64,000 nt of DNA from assembly GCA_963675755.2 (NCBI GenBank), contig CAXXMD010000002.1, positions 896,001 to 960,000 of the forward strand, written 5' to 3'. Positions 9,092-21,644 of this stretch are shown here, piece after piece. The DNA comes from a bacterium (GTDB lineage Bacteria; Zhuqueibacterota; Zhuqueibacteria; Residuimicrobiales; Krinioviventaceae). A model generated the notes under the pieces. That model ran no database searches, was not told the DNA's origin, and saw nothing but the letters and a program-made list of their open reading frames with translations. The position numbers were made by a program, and so were the translations under genes. Every line of letters starts with the position of its first letter. Position 1 is the stretch's first letter.

Positions 9092-10441
9092 TTACTGCAA
9101 AAGTTCCTTAATTGCGGAACAAAATTTATCCATTTCCTGTTTTGTGCGTTTTTCTGTAACCGCTACCAGTAATGTATTGTCCATATTACCAAAATACTGT
9201 TTTAACTCAATACCGGCCAGAAAACCTTTTTTACTCAACAACTCAATATACTCACTAACAGGTTTATTAGAGTTGACGCGAATCACAAATTCCTTAAAAA
9301 AAGGACGATCAAAAACAGGTTCAATACCAGGAATTTCGCACATTTTTTCAAATAAATAATGGCTTTTTTGCAAACACAATTCAGCAATTTTAGGTAATCC
9401 ATTTTTACCCATCAAAGCCATATAAATGGTTGCAGCCAAAGCTACCAGGCCCTGATTGGTACAAATATTGGATGTTGCCTTTTCTCGTCTAATATGCTGC
9501 TCGCGGGTTTGCAATGTCAAAACAAAACCGCTCTTGTTGTTTTTATCAACGGTTTGCCCTACAATGCGACCGGGCATCAATCTAACAAGACTTTGTTTTA
9601 CGGCAAAAAGTCCTAAATATGGACCGCCAAAATTAAGGGCATTTCCTAACGCCTGTCCTTCTCCAGTAGCAATATCCGCACCATAACTTGCCGGTGGTTC
9701 AAGAATTGCAAGCGAAATAGGATCATTTGAAGTTACAAATAATGCACCTGCCTGGTGTGTAATATCAGACAATTCCTGCATTTCTTCCAGACTGCCGAAA
9801 AAATTGGGATGCTGCACAATAACTGCTGCAACCTGGTCATTAATCTGGCTTTTCAAGGCTGCTATATCGGTTATTCCGTTCTCCACAGGTACAAGGTCTA
9901 CATTAATACCTCTACCATGAGCATACGTTTTAACAATATCTACATAATTGGGATTCAATGCACCAGATAATAAAACCGTATTCCGTTTTGTATATCCTGT
10001 TGAAAGCAGCATTGCTTCTGCCAAAGCTGAACCACCATCATACACGGATGCATTTGCCACATCCATACCGGTTAACTCACAGATCATAGTCTGGAATTCA
10101 TATATAGTCTGTAACGTTCCCTGACTTACTTCGGGTTGATACGGAGTATATGCAGTATAAAATTCCGAGCGTGACAAGAGATGTTTTACAACAGAAGGTA
10201 CATAATGATCATATGCGCCTCCACCCAAAAAGCAAACATTTTCAAGACAATTACTATTCATCGATGACAGTTCAGACATGTGTTTCATGATCTCAAACTC
10301 GGATAAAGCTTCAGGCAGATTCAACTCACCTTTGAACTGTAATGCTTCTGGTATATTGTCTATTAATTCCGAAAAAGAGTCTACACCAATGCTTTCTAGC
10401 ATTTCTTTTTTATCTGATTTCGTATTCGGAATAAAACCCAT
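9092..10441 (-). CDS. gcvPA: glycine dehydrogenase (decarboxylating) subunit 1
   Basis: FYTAYTPYQPEVSQG and TREQHIRREKATSNICTNQ. Confidence 0.95.
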   Translation of the reverse strand: MGFIPNTKSDKKEMLESIGVDSFSELIDNIPEALQFKGELNLPEALSEFEIMKHMSELSSMNSNCLENVCFLGGGAYDHYVPSVVKHLLSRSEFYTAYTPYQPEVSQGTLQTIYEFQTMICELTGMDVANASVYDGGSALAEAMLLSTGYTKRNTVLLSGALNPNYVDIVKTYAHGRGINVDLVPVENGITDIAALKSQINDQVAAVIVQHPNFFGSLEEMQELSDITHQAGALFVTSNDPISLAILEPPASYGADIATGEGQALGNALNFGGPYLGLFAVKQSLVRLMPGRIVGQTVDKNNKSGFVLTLQTREQHIRREKATSNICTNQGLVALAATIYMALMGKNGLPKIAELCLQKSHYLFEKMCEIPGIEPVFDRPFFKEFVIRVNSNKPVSEYIELLSKKGFLAGIELKQYFGNMDNTLLVAVTEKRTKQEMDKFCSAIKELLQ

Positions 10442-10455
10442 AAGTAGCCTCTAAT

Positions 10456-10833
10456 TTAACTTATAACGTTTTTATAATCTTCTGCGCTTAACAGATTGTC
10501 TAATTGACTGGCATCAGACAATTCAATTTTAATCATCCAACCTTCACCATAAGGATCTTTATTTACAGTTTCAGGTGCGTCTGTTAAAACATCATTAATT
10601 TCTGTAACCTTACCTGAAAGGGGTGCAAAAAGATCAGAAACTGCTTTAACAGCTTCAACGGTACCAAAAGCATCCATTTGGTTAACTTCTGTACCAACTT
10701 CTGGTAACTCTACAAAAACCAGGTCACCCAATTCACCCTGTGCATAGTCAGTGATACCAACAGTGGCAATATTGCCATCTACCGATACCCATTCATGTTC
10801 TTCAGTGTACTTAAATTCAGCCGGAATCTGCAT
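10456..10833 (-). CDS. gcvH: glycine cleavage system H protein
   Basis: YTEEHEW, GITDYAQ, lipoyl motif EAVKAVSD. Confidence 0.96.
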   Translation of the reverse strand: MQIPAEFKYTEEHEWVSVDGNIATVGITDYAQGELGDLVFVELPEVGTEVNQMDAFGTVEAVKAVSDLFAPLSGKVTEINDVLTDAPETVNKDPYGEGWMIKIELSDASQLDNLLSAEDYKNVIS

Positions 10834-10843
10834 TTTGGCCTCC

Positions 10844-12184
10844 CTAAAATTTAAATGTTTCTAAAAATTTAGTATTGAAATTCCCACTACGAAAGTTTTT
10901 GTCCATGAGAATTTTTTTATGTATAGGAATAGTAGTAGCTACACCTTCAATAATAAACTCGTCTAATGCTCTAAGCATTCGAACAATTGCTTCTTCCCTG
11001 TCTTTGCCATGGGTAATTAATTTAGCCAAAAGAGAATCATAATATGGTGGTATCATATATTGATCATAAGCATGTGAATCTACGCGTACGCCATGACCAC
11101 CAGGGACATGAAAATTGGTTATTACACCAGGTGAGGGACGAAAATCCTTGAAAGGATCTTCAGCATTAATCCGGCATTCAATTGCATGGCCTCGAAGTTT
11201 GTACGATTTCATACGCTCATCCAGTTTTTCACCAGCAGCAACTTTGATTTGTTCTTTAATCAAATCAATACCGTTGACCTCTTCGGAAACAGGATGCTCA
11301 ACTTGAATACGGGTATTCATTTCCATAAAATAAAAGCCACCTTCGTCGTCCATTAAAAATTCAATGGTTCCGGCACTATTATAATTCACTTCACTCGCAC
11401 CTTTGGAGGCTGCCAAATTCATGGCATCACGAATTTCTTGAGTTACTGCCGGTGAAGGTGATTCTTCAATCAACTTTTGATGTTTACGCTGAATAGAACA
11501 TTCACGCTCGCCCAGAGAAATCACGTTTCCAAAGTTATCACCAATCAACTGGATCTCTATATGCCTGGGGCTTTCAAAAAACTTTTCAATATATAAAGCG
11601 GGATTACTAAATGCAGAATTGGCTTCAGCTCCGGCAGAACTAAATGCATTACTTAGTTCTTCTTTAGCACGAACAACACGCATTCCTCTTCCCCCACCAC
11701 CAGCAGATGCTTTAACAATGACGGGGTATCCAATTTCATCAGCAATTTTATACGCTTCTTCCAGGGTTTCAACAATACCGTCTGAGCCGGGTATTACAGG
11801 AACACCTGCTTTTCTCATAGTATCTTTAGCAAAGGCCTTGTCCCCCATTCGGGTGATAACCAGAGGATCAGGACCAATAAATTTTATGTTGCAACTCTCA
11901 CAAATTTCAGCAAAATGTGCACTTTCAGCTAAAAAACCATAGCCCGGATGAATAGAATCCGCATTGGTTATTTCAGCAGCGCTGATGATTTGTGGAATAT
12001 TTAAATAGCTCAAATGACTGGGACCAGGACCAATACATACAGCTTCATCTGCAAAATTAACATGAAGGCTGTCAGCATCGGCTTCACTATAAACAGCAAC
12101 AGATTGAATTCCAAGCTCTTTACAGGCCCTAATAATCCGCAATGCAATTTCGCCACGGTTTGCAATGAGTATTTTCTTAAACAA
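10844..12184 (-). CDS. accC: acetyl-CoA carboxylase biotin carboxylase
   Basis: [38 protein letters not shown]. Confidence 0.96.
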   Translation of the reverse strand: MFKKILIANRGEIALRIIRACKELGIQSVAVYSEADADSLHVNFADEAVCIGPGPSHLSYLNIPQIISAAEITNADSIHPGYGFLAESAHFAEICESCNIKFIGPDPLVITRMGDKAFAKDTMRKAGVPVIPGSDGIVETLEEAYKIADEIGYPVIVKASAGGGGRGMRVVRAKEELSNAFSSAGAEANSAFSNPALYIEKFFESPRHIEIQLIGDNFGNVISLGERECSIQRKHQKLIEESPSPAVTQEIRDAMNLAASKGASEVNYNSAGTIEFLMDDEGGFYFMEMNTRIQVEHPVSEEVNGIDLIKEQIKVAAGEKLDERMKSYKLRGHAIECRINAEDPFKDFRPSPGVITNFHVPGGHGVRVDSHAYDQYMIPPYYDSLLAKLITHGKDREEAIVRMLRALDEFIIEGVATTIPIHKKILMDKNFRSGNFNTKFLETFKF

Positions 12185-12212
12185 CGAGCTAACTCTCTTT
12201 AATTTATTGACA

Positions 12213-12695
12213 TCATGAAGGTTCTACAAGAAATAACGGTTGATTATATTCAACCGGTTGAGCATTCTCAACCAAAATCTTGACGATTTTACCACTTACT
12301 TCAGCTTCAATTTCATTCATTAACTTCATAGCTTCGATGATACACAAAACTTTACCTTGCGAAATGACATCACCTTCTTTAATATAAGGTTGAGCATCAG
12401 GTGCGGGTGAACGGTAAAATGTACCAACCATTGGAGCCTTAATCTCGATAGTATTGGAAGATTCTACCGGAGCAGCAGCCTCTGTTGCAGCAGGTGCAGG
12501 CGCTGGCGCAGCTTGCTGCACGACAGGTGCAGGCGCTTGTACTTGAACAGGTGAAACAGCAGGGGTTACAGCTGTTACATGAGTAGCTGTTTTACTGATT
12601 CGAATTTTACCCCAAAACCACCGGGTAATCTCTATTTCACCAACAGTACTGCTTTCAACAATTTTTACGAGTTCACGAATCTCTTTGGCTCGCAT
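12213..12695 (-). CDS. accB: biotin carboxyl carrier protein
   Basis: Ala/Pro-rich linker, [15 protein letters not shown] biotinylation motif. Confidence 0.96.
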   Translation of the reverse strand: MRAKEIRELVKIVESSTVGEIEITRWFWGKIRISKTATHVTAVTPAVSPVQVQAPAPVVQQAAPAPAPAATEAAAPVESSNTIEIKAPMVGTFYRSPAPDAQPYIKEGDVISQGKVLCIIEAMKLMNEIEAEVSGKIVKILVENAQPVEYNQPLFLVEPS

Positions 12696-12718
12696 TGTAA
12701 CTCCTTCAATAAATTCGA

Positions 12719-13279
12719 TTATTTTACACGTTCCATATATTGACCAGTACGTGTATCGATTTTAAGCATCTCACCTTCTTCGATGAACAATGGAACCTGA
12801 ACAGAGCCACCTGTTTCCATTACTGCTTTTTTAGTTGCCCCGGAAACCGTATCACCTTTCATTCCAGGTTCGGTTTCAGCAACCTTGAGTTCAACAAAAT
12901 TAGGCATTTCAGCACCAATGGGGGTATCACCATCCATCAAGATACTTATTGTTTCACCTTCTTTAAGGAAATCACTTCCAGGTTGCAGCATATGTACTTC
13001 TAAACCCAATTGTTCATAGGTTTCATTATCCATACAAATCAATTGTTCGCCTTCACGATACAAAAATTGCATCATGCGACGTTCAACACGTACATCTTCA
13101 ACTTTTTCACCACTACGAAAAGTTTTTTCCAAAACTTTACCGGTTTTCAAGTTTTTAATTTTGGTTCTTATAAAGGCGCTACCGCGTCCCATTTTTACAT
13201 GTTGAAATTCGGTTATAGTAAACAGATCACCATCGATTTTAATGATTAAACCGGTACGAAAATCTGATGTTGAGGCCAT
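12719..13279 (-). CDS. efp: translation elongation factor P (atypical KMGRG loop, Arg32)
   Basis: QHVK.GRG.AFIRTK, MQFLY, PG.KGDT, VPLFI, IDTRTG.Y. Confidence 0.93.
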   Translation of the reverse strand: MASTSDFRTGLIIKIDGDLFTITEFQHVKMGRGSAFIRTKIKNLKTGKVLEKTFRSGEKVEDVRVERRMMQFLYREGEQLICMDNETYEQLGLEVHMLQPGSDFLKEGETISILMDGDTPIGAEMPNFVELKVAETEPGMKGDTVSGATKKAVMETGGSVQVPLFIEEGEMLKIDTRTGQYMERVK

Positions 13280-13300
13280 AAATAATAATTCCTTTTTTAA

Positions 13301-14746
13301 TTAACGTCTACTCTCAAGTTTATTTTTTAATATTTCATTTACACTTTTAGGGTTCGCTTTACCTTGTGAAGCACGCATAATTTGCCCAACCAGAAAGCCT
13401 ATAACTTTTTCTTTTCCAGCTAAATAAGCGTCCACTTCATTAGGGTTTTCATCAAGTATTTTATCTACAATCTGTTCAAGTTCACCAGTATCAGAGATTT
13501 GAACTAGTCCCTCTTCTTTAATAATAACTTGAGGATTTTTACCAGAATCAGCACAAATCTCAAAAACTTTACGTCCAATTTTCACACTGATTTTATCTTG
13601 TTCTACAAGTTGAATAATTTCAGCAAGGTATTCAGGTGTAACTTTTAATTCTGAAATAGTAAGCTGATTTTCATGCAATGTTCTTAAAACATCGCCCATT
13701 ACCCAGTTACTGGCAGCTTTTTTGTCTTTAACGTTATTAGCCAATTTCTCATAATAATCAGCAATGGCTAAATCGTCTGTAAGAATTGACGCATCATATT
13801 CTGGTAAAGCAAAGTCATCAATAAAGCGTTGTTTCTTGACATCTGGTAACTCGGGCAATGATTGCTTAACACTTTCAATCCATTCCTGCTTGATAACTAC
13901 CGGAAGTAAATCCGGTTCAGGAAAATATCTATAATCATGCGCATATTCTTTACTACGCATGGGTTCAACACAATTCTTGTTAGCATTCCATAACAACGTT
14001 TGCTGTTGAATACTTGCACCATCTTCCAACACTGCAATTTGTCTTCGTATTTCATATTCCAGCGCTTTTTCTACAGCGCTTATGGAATTCATGTTTTTCA
14101 ATTCAGTTTTGGTGCCCAATTTGGTTTCGCCACGTTTACGAATGGAAATATTCGCATCACAGCGCATACTCCCCTCTTCCATGTTTCCATCACAAATCCC
14201 AAGATATCTTACAATCTGACGTAACTTGGTCAGATACGAAGAAACCTGAGACGGTGAACGGAAATCCGGGTCACTAACCATTTCCAACAGAGGCACACCA
14301 CATCGATTAATATCCACAAGCGATTCGTCACGAGCAACATAGGATTCAGAGTGCATGGATTTCCCAGCATCTTCTTCCAGATGAATACGTGTAATACCAA
14401 TACGGGTTGTTTCTCCATTATCAGGGATATCTAGAAAACCATGTTCACAAACGGGTTGCTCATATTGTGAAATTTGGTAACCTTTGGGTAAATCCGGATA
14501 AAAATAGTTTTTTCTGGCGATGATAGATTTTTCATTAATTTTGCAATTTGTAGCAATTGCAAGACGAATTGCAAAATCGATAACTTTTTTATTCAATACT
14601 GGCAAAACGCCGGGCATCCCCAGACATACAGGGCAGACCTGTGAGTTGGGATCAGCACCAAATTTTGCACTACATGAGCAAAATATTTTAGTGTTCGTCA
14701 ATAACTGTATATGTACTTCAAGACCTATAACAGCTTCATAATCCAT
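13301..14746 (-). CDS. gatB: Asp/Glu-tRNA amidotransferase subunit B
   Basis: VIGLEVH, KNYFYPDLPKGYQISQ, GSMRCDANIS, YRYFPEPDL. Confidence 0.97.
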   Translation of the reverse strand: MDYEAVIGLEVHIQLLTNTKIFCSCSAKFGADPNSQVCPVCLGMPGVLPVLNKKVIDFAIRLAIATNCKINEKSIIARKNYFYPDLPKGYQISQYEQPVCEHGFLDIPDNGETTRIGITRIHLEEDAGKSMHSESYVARDESLVDINRCGVPLLEMVSDPDFRSPSQVSSYLTKLRQIVRYLGICDGNMEEGSMRCDANISIRKRGETKLGTKTELKNMNSISAVEKALEYEIRRQIAVLEDGASIQQQTLLWNANKNCVEPMRSKEYAHDYRYFPEPDLLPVVIKQEWIESVKQSLPELPDVKKQRFIDDFALPEYDASILTDDLAIADYYEKLANNVKDKKAASNWVMGDVLRTLHENQLTISELKVTPEYLAEIIQLVEQDKISVKIGRKVFEICADSGKNPQVIIKEEGLVQISDTGELEQIVDKILDENPNEVDAYLAGKEKVIGFLVGQIMRASQGKANPKSVNEILKNKLESRR

Positions 14747-14769
14747 TCGTGTATCCGATATTATTTGTT

Positions 14770-16200
14770 CTAGTTAAATCTTTTATCAATAAAATCAGCA
14801 GCCCATAACAAAGTAGGCTCATCAAAAGGTTTTCCAATTAACTGCACACCAATTGGTAAACCATCAGCATCTTTACCGCAAGGTACAGAAATGCCTGGTA
14901 ATCCCGCGAGATTTACAGAAACAGTAAACACATCTGACAAATACATGGTTAGGGGATCGTCAACTTTTTCACCAATTTTAAATGCGGTAGTCGGAGAAGT
15001 TGGGGTTAACAGACAATCAACAGATTCGAACGCTTTATCAAAATCATTTTTGATGTTTGTTCTTACTTTTTGGGCTTTGAGATAATACGCATCATAGTAT
15101 CCGGATGAAAGAACATAAGTTCCTAGCATAATACGTCTTTTTACTTCATTTCCAAAGCCCATGGTACGGCTATTTACATACAAAGATTCCAAATCGGGAA
15201 CATTTTCATCTCTATAACCATAGCGCACACCATCATATCTTGCCAGGTTTGCTGAAGCTTCAGCAGTAGCAATAATATAATAAGCAGCAATAGCATATTC
15301 AGTATGGGGTAAAGATATTTCTTTAACTTCTGCCCCTGCCTGTTCAAGTTCTTTGATCACTTTTTGAATTTGGTCAGAAACCTGATGATTTACGCCACCA
15401 GTAAAATATTCTTTTGGCAGCCCAATCCGCAATCCTTTAACATCTTTGCCCAATAAAGCAGAATAATCCGGAATATCTATATTCGCAGAAGTAGAATCTT
15501 TTTCATCATGACCGGCAAGTACCTGAAGCAATAAGGCAGTGTCAGCAACATTTTTTGAAAAGGGACCTATTTGATCCAATGATGATGCATAAGCAACAAG
15601 TCCAAAACGAGAAACCAGACCATAGGTAGGCTTTAAACCAATCACTCCACAAAAGGATGCAGGTTGACGAATTGAACCGCCCGTATCAGTTCCCAAAGAA
15701 CCCATGCAAAGATCAGCTGCAACAGCTGCGGCAGAACCACCCGATGATCCACCAGGAACACGGGTTTTATCATGAGGATTTCTAACTGGCTCAAAATATG
15801 AATTTTCATTGGATGAACCCATTGCAAATTCATCCATATTGGTTTTACCAATAAAAATAGCATCCTGCTGCGAAAGCTTTTCAATAACAGTGGCATTATA
15901 AGGAGATTTGAAATTATGCAAAATTTTAGAACCACACGTGGTAGTTCCATTTGTCATTACCAACAAATCTTTAATACCCAATACCATTCCTGCTAATGCA
16001 CCTGCCTCTCCCTTGTCAATTTTGCTATCAACAAGCTTTGCCTGTTCAATAGCCTGTTCAGGAAAAACAGAAATAAAGGCATTAATATCCTTATTTTGCT
16101 CGATCTGATTTAGGTAATATTCAGTTAATTCTACACAGCGAATTTCACGGTTTAGAAATAATTGTCTTTTACTGGAATAATCCAGATTGGCAAATGTCAA
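14770..16200 (-). CDS. gatA: Asp/Glu-tRNA amidotransferase subunit A
   Basis: [46 protein letters not shown]. Confidence 0.97.
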   Translation of the reverse strand: MTFANLDYSSKRQLFLNREIRCVELTEYYLNQIEQNKDINAFISVFPEQAIEQAKLVDSKIDKGEAGALAGMVLGIKDLLVMTNGTTTCGSKILHNFKSPYNATVIEKLSQQDAIFIGKTNMDEFAMGSSNENSYFEPVRNPHDKTRVPGGSSGGSAAAVAADLCMGSLGTDTGGSIRQPASFCGVIGLKPTYGLVSRFGLVAYASSLDQIGPFSKNVADTALLLQVLAGHDEKDSTSANIDIPDYSALLGKDVKGLRIGLPKEYFTGGVNHQVSDQIQKVIKELEQAGAEVKEISLPHTEYAIAAYYIIATAEASANLARYDGVRYGYRDENVPDLESLYVNSRTMGFGNEVKRRIMLGTYVLSSGYYDAYYLKAQKVRTNIKNDFDKAFESVDCLLTPTSPTTAFKIGEKVDDPLTMYLSDVFTVSVNLAGLPGISVPCGKDADGLPIGVQLIGKPFDEPTLLWAADFIDKRFN

Positions 16201-16232
16201 AATTGTTTCCTCTATATTTTCCGATTTTGTAA

Positions 16233-16433
16233 TTATTCAGCTTTTTCTTTATCTTCAGTTTTGGATTTTTCAGATTTTCCCTTTTCTTCATCATAGTCGC
16301 CATTGGTAGCACGTTTGAATTCATTTATACCTTTACCCAAACCTTTTGCTAAATCAGGGAGCTTTTTTGCACCAAAAAGAAGAATAATAATGAATAATAT
16401 AATAATCAGTTCAGGACCGCTTGGCATTCCCAT
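16233..16433 (-). CDS. tatA: twin-arginine translocase TatA/TatE
   Basis: TM helix followed by [23 protein letters not shown]. Confidence 0.9.
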   Translation of the reverse strand: MGMPSGPELIIILFIIILLFGAKKLPDLAKGLGKGINEFKRATNGDYDEEKGKSEKSKTEDKEKAE

Positions 16434-16464
16434 GTTAATCCTCCAGAAAGTTATTCAGGTTAAT

Positions 16465-16641
16465 TTATTTAATATCGTCAGAAATATCTATTTCTCTCTT
16501 AACATCATCAGCTGCTTTTTTAAATTCCCGCATACTTTTGCCGATACCGCGGGCTAATTCTGGTAATCGCTTTGACCCAAACAATAACAGAACTACAACC
16601 ATGATTACCATCATTTCCGGCATTCCAATTGCTGGAAACAT
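16465..16641 (-). CDS. tatA: second TatA/TatE family subunit (58 aa, absent from the ORF track)
   Basis: Manual translation MFPAIGMPEMMVIMVVVLLLFGSKRLPELARGIGKSMREFKKAADDVKREIDISDDIK; GGAGG RBS. Confidence 0.9.
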   Translation of the reverse strand: MFPAIGMPEMMVIMVVVLLLFGSKRLPELARGIGKSMREFKKAADDVKREIDISDDIK

Positions 16642-16741
16642 TATATACCTCCAAAAAAGAAATCAGTTCATATCAAATTCAACACAGAATATATTGTAGT
16701 TTTATATTAATTGCAAGTGAAAGTTTGTCAATCAATAATAA

Positions 16742-17008
16742 TCAAAAATACCACCGCACAATATATGCTGCGACAATCACTCCTATCACTCCAATTATGT
16801 TTAGCTTAAACGTAAAGCCCAAAGTAAACGTCATTAACACCAGGTTTAGTGTTACCGGAGAAAATCCAAAACTAATTGAACGTGTAAAAAAATCTTTAAC
16901 AACACCACCCGGTAATATCACAGAGACCAATTCACCCAAGACGCCACCAATAATAGCTCCAAGGAAAATAGCTAATATTAACCACCCTATCGTCAGTTTA
17001 CGTGCCAT
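16742..17008 (-). CDS. small membrane protein (DUF4321-like)
   Basis: GAIIGGVLGEL...LTLGFTFKLNIIGVIG pattern; GGAG RBS. Confidence 0.65.
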   Translation of the reverse strand: MARKLTIGWLILAIFLGAIIGGVLGELVSVILPGGVVKDFFTRSISFGFSPVTLNLVLMTFTLGFTFKLNIIGVIGVIVAAYIVRWYF

Positions 17009-17028
17009 AATTTAACTCTCCAGACGTT

Positions 17029-17759
17029 TTATTGTTCACTATCATTGTGATTATTTGCAACGAGTAAACTTGATTGCAAATACAAAAAAGGTCCGGAAAC
17101 AAGGTAAATCAGCATTACAATTGCAAGAGAAAGTGATGGGAAAATAATTAAAAAACATTATCGATACGATCAATATCATTAATTTAACTCTATTTGGTCC
17201 CTTTTCTCTCAAATTAAACTTGGGATACCCGTCATAAGGAATTGTACTTGCCATCAATAAACTTATTATAGGAACAATAACAACCATTCCGCGTAATAAA
17301 AATTCCCAACTTGTTTTATCATAAAAAATAATTATACTGGAAATTGCAACAGCAGCCATGGGTGCTGGCAATCCATAGTAATTTCGTTTATTTCCATTTT
17401 CTCGAGATAATACATTAAAACGAGCGAGCCTGAATGCAGCAAAACAATAAAGGTAAAAATGAAATAAACAAACCCGGTAATCCAAGTTGAATCAAATAAA
17501 ACTTGTATACCAACAAAGCAGGAGCCATTCCTGATGAAATTAAATCACTCAGGGAATCCATTTCAAGACCAAAAGGGCTGTTTGTATTTGTAGACCTGGC
17601 AATTTTCCCATCGAGCCCATCAAGGACTGTTGCAGCAAAAATTAACCAGGCTGCATATACATAATTTTCAGAAACAATTAGTGTTACTGCCAAAAAACCA
17701 CAAAAAAGATTTAGAGTGGTAAATAAATTGGGGACGGTAATATATTTATTTTGTATCAT
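17029..17759 (-). pseudogene. pssA: CDP-diacylglycerol--serine O-phosphatidyltransferase, frameshifted (probably sequencing error)
   Basis: PNLFTTLNLFCG, DGLDGKIAR, FGLEMDSLSD, RLARFNV and GLPAP spread over shifted frames. Confidence 0.85.
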
Positions 17760-18397
17760 TAATTTTTGCGATTACGCTTTCAGCGGCACGTAAACGATCT
17801 CCAAGCTTAACTGTAGGACTTGCGGATTCAGGCAAAAAAACTTCCATGCGGGATCCAAATTTAATTATTCCAAATTTCTCCCCCGCCTTGACATCATCAC
17901 CTAAAACAAGATTACACACAATACGCCTTGCCACCATTCCTGTCATTTGTTTAAAAGCCAGTTTTCCATATTGTGTTTCCAAGCCAACAAAAGAATGTAC
18001 ATTGTGTGATGAAGCTGCTGATGTATGTGCCTGATAATATTTACCACGATTATAAGTTATATACTCTACACTTCCTGAAAAAGGTATATAATTCACATGC
18101 ACATTAAATAAAGACAGAAAAATTGATATTCGAGTTGTTTTTGATTCAAAAAAATGAGGTTCATTAACAGTAGAAATATCAATAACTTTTCCGTCAGCAG
18201 GCGATAGAATTGCATACGGATCATCAACAGCTATTCGGGCAGGATCTCTGAAAAAACAGATGGCTTAGTAAAGTTAACAAAAAAGATATAACCGCCAATA
18301 CAAGAATAACAATATTCTGATAATGAATACCGGTTAATAAAAGAATACAAGTAAACAATAAAAAACCGGCAACTGTAGAGTATCCTTCTTTATTCAA
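17746..18397 (-). pseudogene. psd: phosphatidylserine decarboxylase (short type), one frameshift near 18268
   Basis: TTG start giving MNKEGY; FFRDP, SPADGKV, NVHVN, ARRIV and the KFGS autocleavage motif. Confidence 0.85.
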
Positions 18398-19093
18398 CTT
18401 GACAGTTTTTCTTGTAATAGTTTCAATGTCCTGTTTAATTTTGGCTTTATCTCCGGCACTCGCTTCATTTAAAAGCATGTTATTATTTTCAACATCCATC
18501 AAATGACAGCTTTCCAGAGAAAAATCACCAGCAAGAATGATTCGTTTATCTTCGGTTCTTCCAAACTCTAATTTAAAATCAATAAGCTTGAGTCCTCTTC
18601 TTCTGAAATAATCTTTCAGAATCACATTAACCTTGGATGCCATTCTGTGCATTTCTTTCAACTCTTCTTTGGAAGCATAGCCAAAAGAGACAATATGATC
18701 TTCATTGATCAATTGGTCTTCTTTGTCTGTTGCATGAAGGTAGAATTCAATCAAAGGACAATCTAATTCCTTTCCTTCTTCCAACCCAAAGCGGCTTACA
18801 AGACTACCCGCAGCTACATTTCTAACCAAATTGTAAACCGGAATAGCCTCTATATTTTTAACAAGCAATCCTTCACCTTTTTTCTCTTTAATGAAATAGG
18901 TTCGCAGGTGATAACTTGCTAATAATTTAAAAACCTGACCCGCAAAAGATATGTTTAACAAACCTTTATCTTTAAATTTTTGCGGTTTACCCTCCCCTAA
19001 TGCAATCTCATCCTTGTATTCAAGAACACATTCATTAGGTTTTTCTGTTTCCAAAAGTGTTGAAGATACGTTATCTTTGATTACGTTTTTCAA
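18394..19093 (-). CDS. purC: SAICAR synthetase-like protein (divergent PurC); an indel near 18430 reads through into psd
   Basis: VRNVAAGSL, LIDFKLEFG; removing one base gives ...KLSS-TGA overlapping the psd TTG start. Confidence 0.7.
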
Positions 19094-19114
19094 CTCCAGA
19101 CTCCTTTAATTGAT

Positions 19115-20416
19115 TTATTGAATACCCACCCTTTTAAAGATAAAATCAACCTGATTTAATGCATTTTGTTCATCAAAACAGTCATTTATCTGTTCAGCAG
19201 AGATTATTTTTAAAAACACGATCATCTTTTAATAGCATTTCTTTGAAATTTAACTCTTCTTGCCAACATTTCATAGCATTTTCTTGCACAATTTTATAGG
19301 CCTCTTCACGGGCAATACCGCCTTCTGTTAGCGCTAATAACACTAGCTTGTGAAAAAATTAATCCCTTTGTGATATTTAAATTTGCTTTCATTTTTTTCA
19401 GGATAAACAACCAGATTATCAAGCACTCGTGTTAATCTGGCTAAAGCATAATCAGTAATGATACAGCTATCCGTGGAAAATAACCCGTTCAACAGAGGAA
19501 TGGCTAATATCACGTTCATGCCATAGTGCAATATTTTCAAAAGATGAGATAGAATATGATCTGAGTAATCGTGCCGCACCGGTTAAATTTTCTGAGGCAA
19601 TGGGATTTCGTTTATGAGGCATTGCTGAAGATCCTTTTTGACCTTTAGTAAAAGGTTCTTCTGCTTCAAGAACTTCGGTACGCTGCAAATGACGTATCTC
19701 TACAGCTATCTTTTCGATGGTACAGCCAATAAATGTCAACAGCATTTATAAATTCTGCATGCACATCACGTTGAATAACCTGAGTTGAAACACTTGCAGG
19801 TTCTAATTCAAGTAATTCACATACACGTTCTTCAACTTTGGATCAATAAATGTAAAATTACCAACAGCTCCTGAGATCATACCTACTGCAGCAGCTTTTT
19901 CAGCTTGTTTAAATCGACGATAGTTGCGCTTGCATTTCATCGTACCATAAAGCGAATTTCAAACCAAAAGAAGTGGTTTCAGCATGAATTCCATGACTTC
20001 TTCCTACACAGGCTGTATTCTTGTGTTCAAGCGCACGTCTTTTCAATACTGCGAGCAAATTCTGAATATCCTGATCTATAATTTTAGCAGATTGTTTAAT
20101 TTGCAATGCTAAAGCAGTATCTAATAAATCAGATGAAGTCATACCTAAATGAATAAACCTTGAATTAGGACCAACATATTCACCAACGTTGGGTAAGAAA
20201 TGCTATAACATCATGCTTTACACTAGCTTCAATTTCAAGAATTCGATCAACATTAAATGATGCTTTATCACGTATTTCCTGGGTTATACCTTTGGGAATA
20301 TCGTCCCAATTCTTCCTGAGCCTGACAAGCAGCAATTTCCACTTGCAACCAGGTGTCAAATTTATTTGGTCAGTCCAAATAGAACCCATTTCTGGGCGTG
20401 TATACCTATCTATCAT
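19115..20416 (-). pseudogene. purB: adenylosuccinate lyase, several frameshifts (probably sequencing error)
   Basis: [46 protein letters not shown] and HERDISHSS in successive frames. Confidence 0.9.
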
Positions 20417-21633
20417 TTATTCCGCCTGTCTTTTGGAAAAGGTGCCAGTTTTACTTTAACATTAAAATATTCTCTATCACGATAGATCTCAATATCCAGA
20501 GTATCTCCTGCTTTGAGATCCAAATTATCAATTATTGTACGTATGTCATCCGCTTGTTTTACAGCGTTTGAATTGATTGATAAAATCACATCACCAATTT
20601 GCAATCCGGCCACTTCTGCAGGACTTTCTTTTTCAATATCAGATATAATGGCGCCAACTGTTTTCTTCATTTTCAAATAACGCGCAATGGTTGGTGTAAC
20701 TGCATCGTATTGGATACCTGTCCAATAGGTTCTGTCAACATGACCAAAATTAATCAAATCATTCATGATGCGCTTTACACGATTGATGGGAATTGCAAAA
20801 CCCAGGCCTATATTAGCAGAACGGGTTTCACTTCCTGAAATGATCCACGCATTGATACCAATTACTTCACCGTTACAGTTCACCAAAGGCCCGCCGCTGT
20901 TTCCACCATTTATTGCAGCATCGGTTTGCAGCATGTCTTCAAAAACACGGTCATTTTGACGGCCAAAATCCTGATCTTTTGCACTGCTTACACCCACAGT
21001 AACAGTTGGCTTGGAAGAAATGTCAAATAAGCCAAAAGGATTTCCAAGGGCGATTGACCATTCACCAATTATTACATCATCAGAGTTACCTAGAGTAGCA
21101 AAAGGGAAATTCTTTCCTTTTATCTTTAAAATGGCAATATCTGAAACATAATCATCACCAACCAACTCTGCTTTGAGTTGTTCGCCTCCAACAAGCGTAA
21201 CTATAATCTCAGCAGCATTATCTATAACATGTTGATTGGTTAAAACATAACCTTCTGATGAAATGATAACACCAGAACCTAAACTCTGTACCTTTCTTCT
21301 CTGGTTGGAAGGTCCTGAAAAAAATGTCGAAAGAAAGGATCATTCAAAAATGGATTATTTGTATAATATCGCTGTACCTGGGTTACATTAATTCCCACAA
21401 CAGCCGGACTCACTCTTTCTACTGAACGGGTTATTGCGTTATGACGTGAACTGGAAACATTATCATAACTGTGATCACCCGAATCATAAGGAGGTGTCGA
21501 AACAGCATTAAAATTAAAATCTGAAGCCAATACATCTTTATCAGTAATAATAATAATTACTAACAAGATAACAAAAAAAATCAAACATTCAGATATTTTA
21601 TTACTTGATATATTTTTTTTTATTTTTTAACAT
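20413..21633 (-). pseudogene. htrA: DegP/HtrA trypsin-like serine protease with PDZ domain, frameshifted
   Basis: VSPAVVGI, TNQHV, DIAILK, QTDAAINGGNSGGPL and a PDZ domain; indels near 21615 (A9 run) and 21300. Confidence 0.85.
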
Positions 21634-21644
21634 AACTCAACATA

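Noticed and set aside
18224-19093. Apparent PurC fused to a membrane domain (289-aa ORF)
   Set aside because: The tail is the psd N-terminus; removing one base near 18430 restores a purC stop overlapping the psd TTG start
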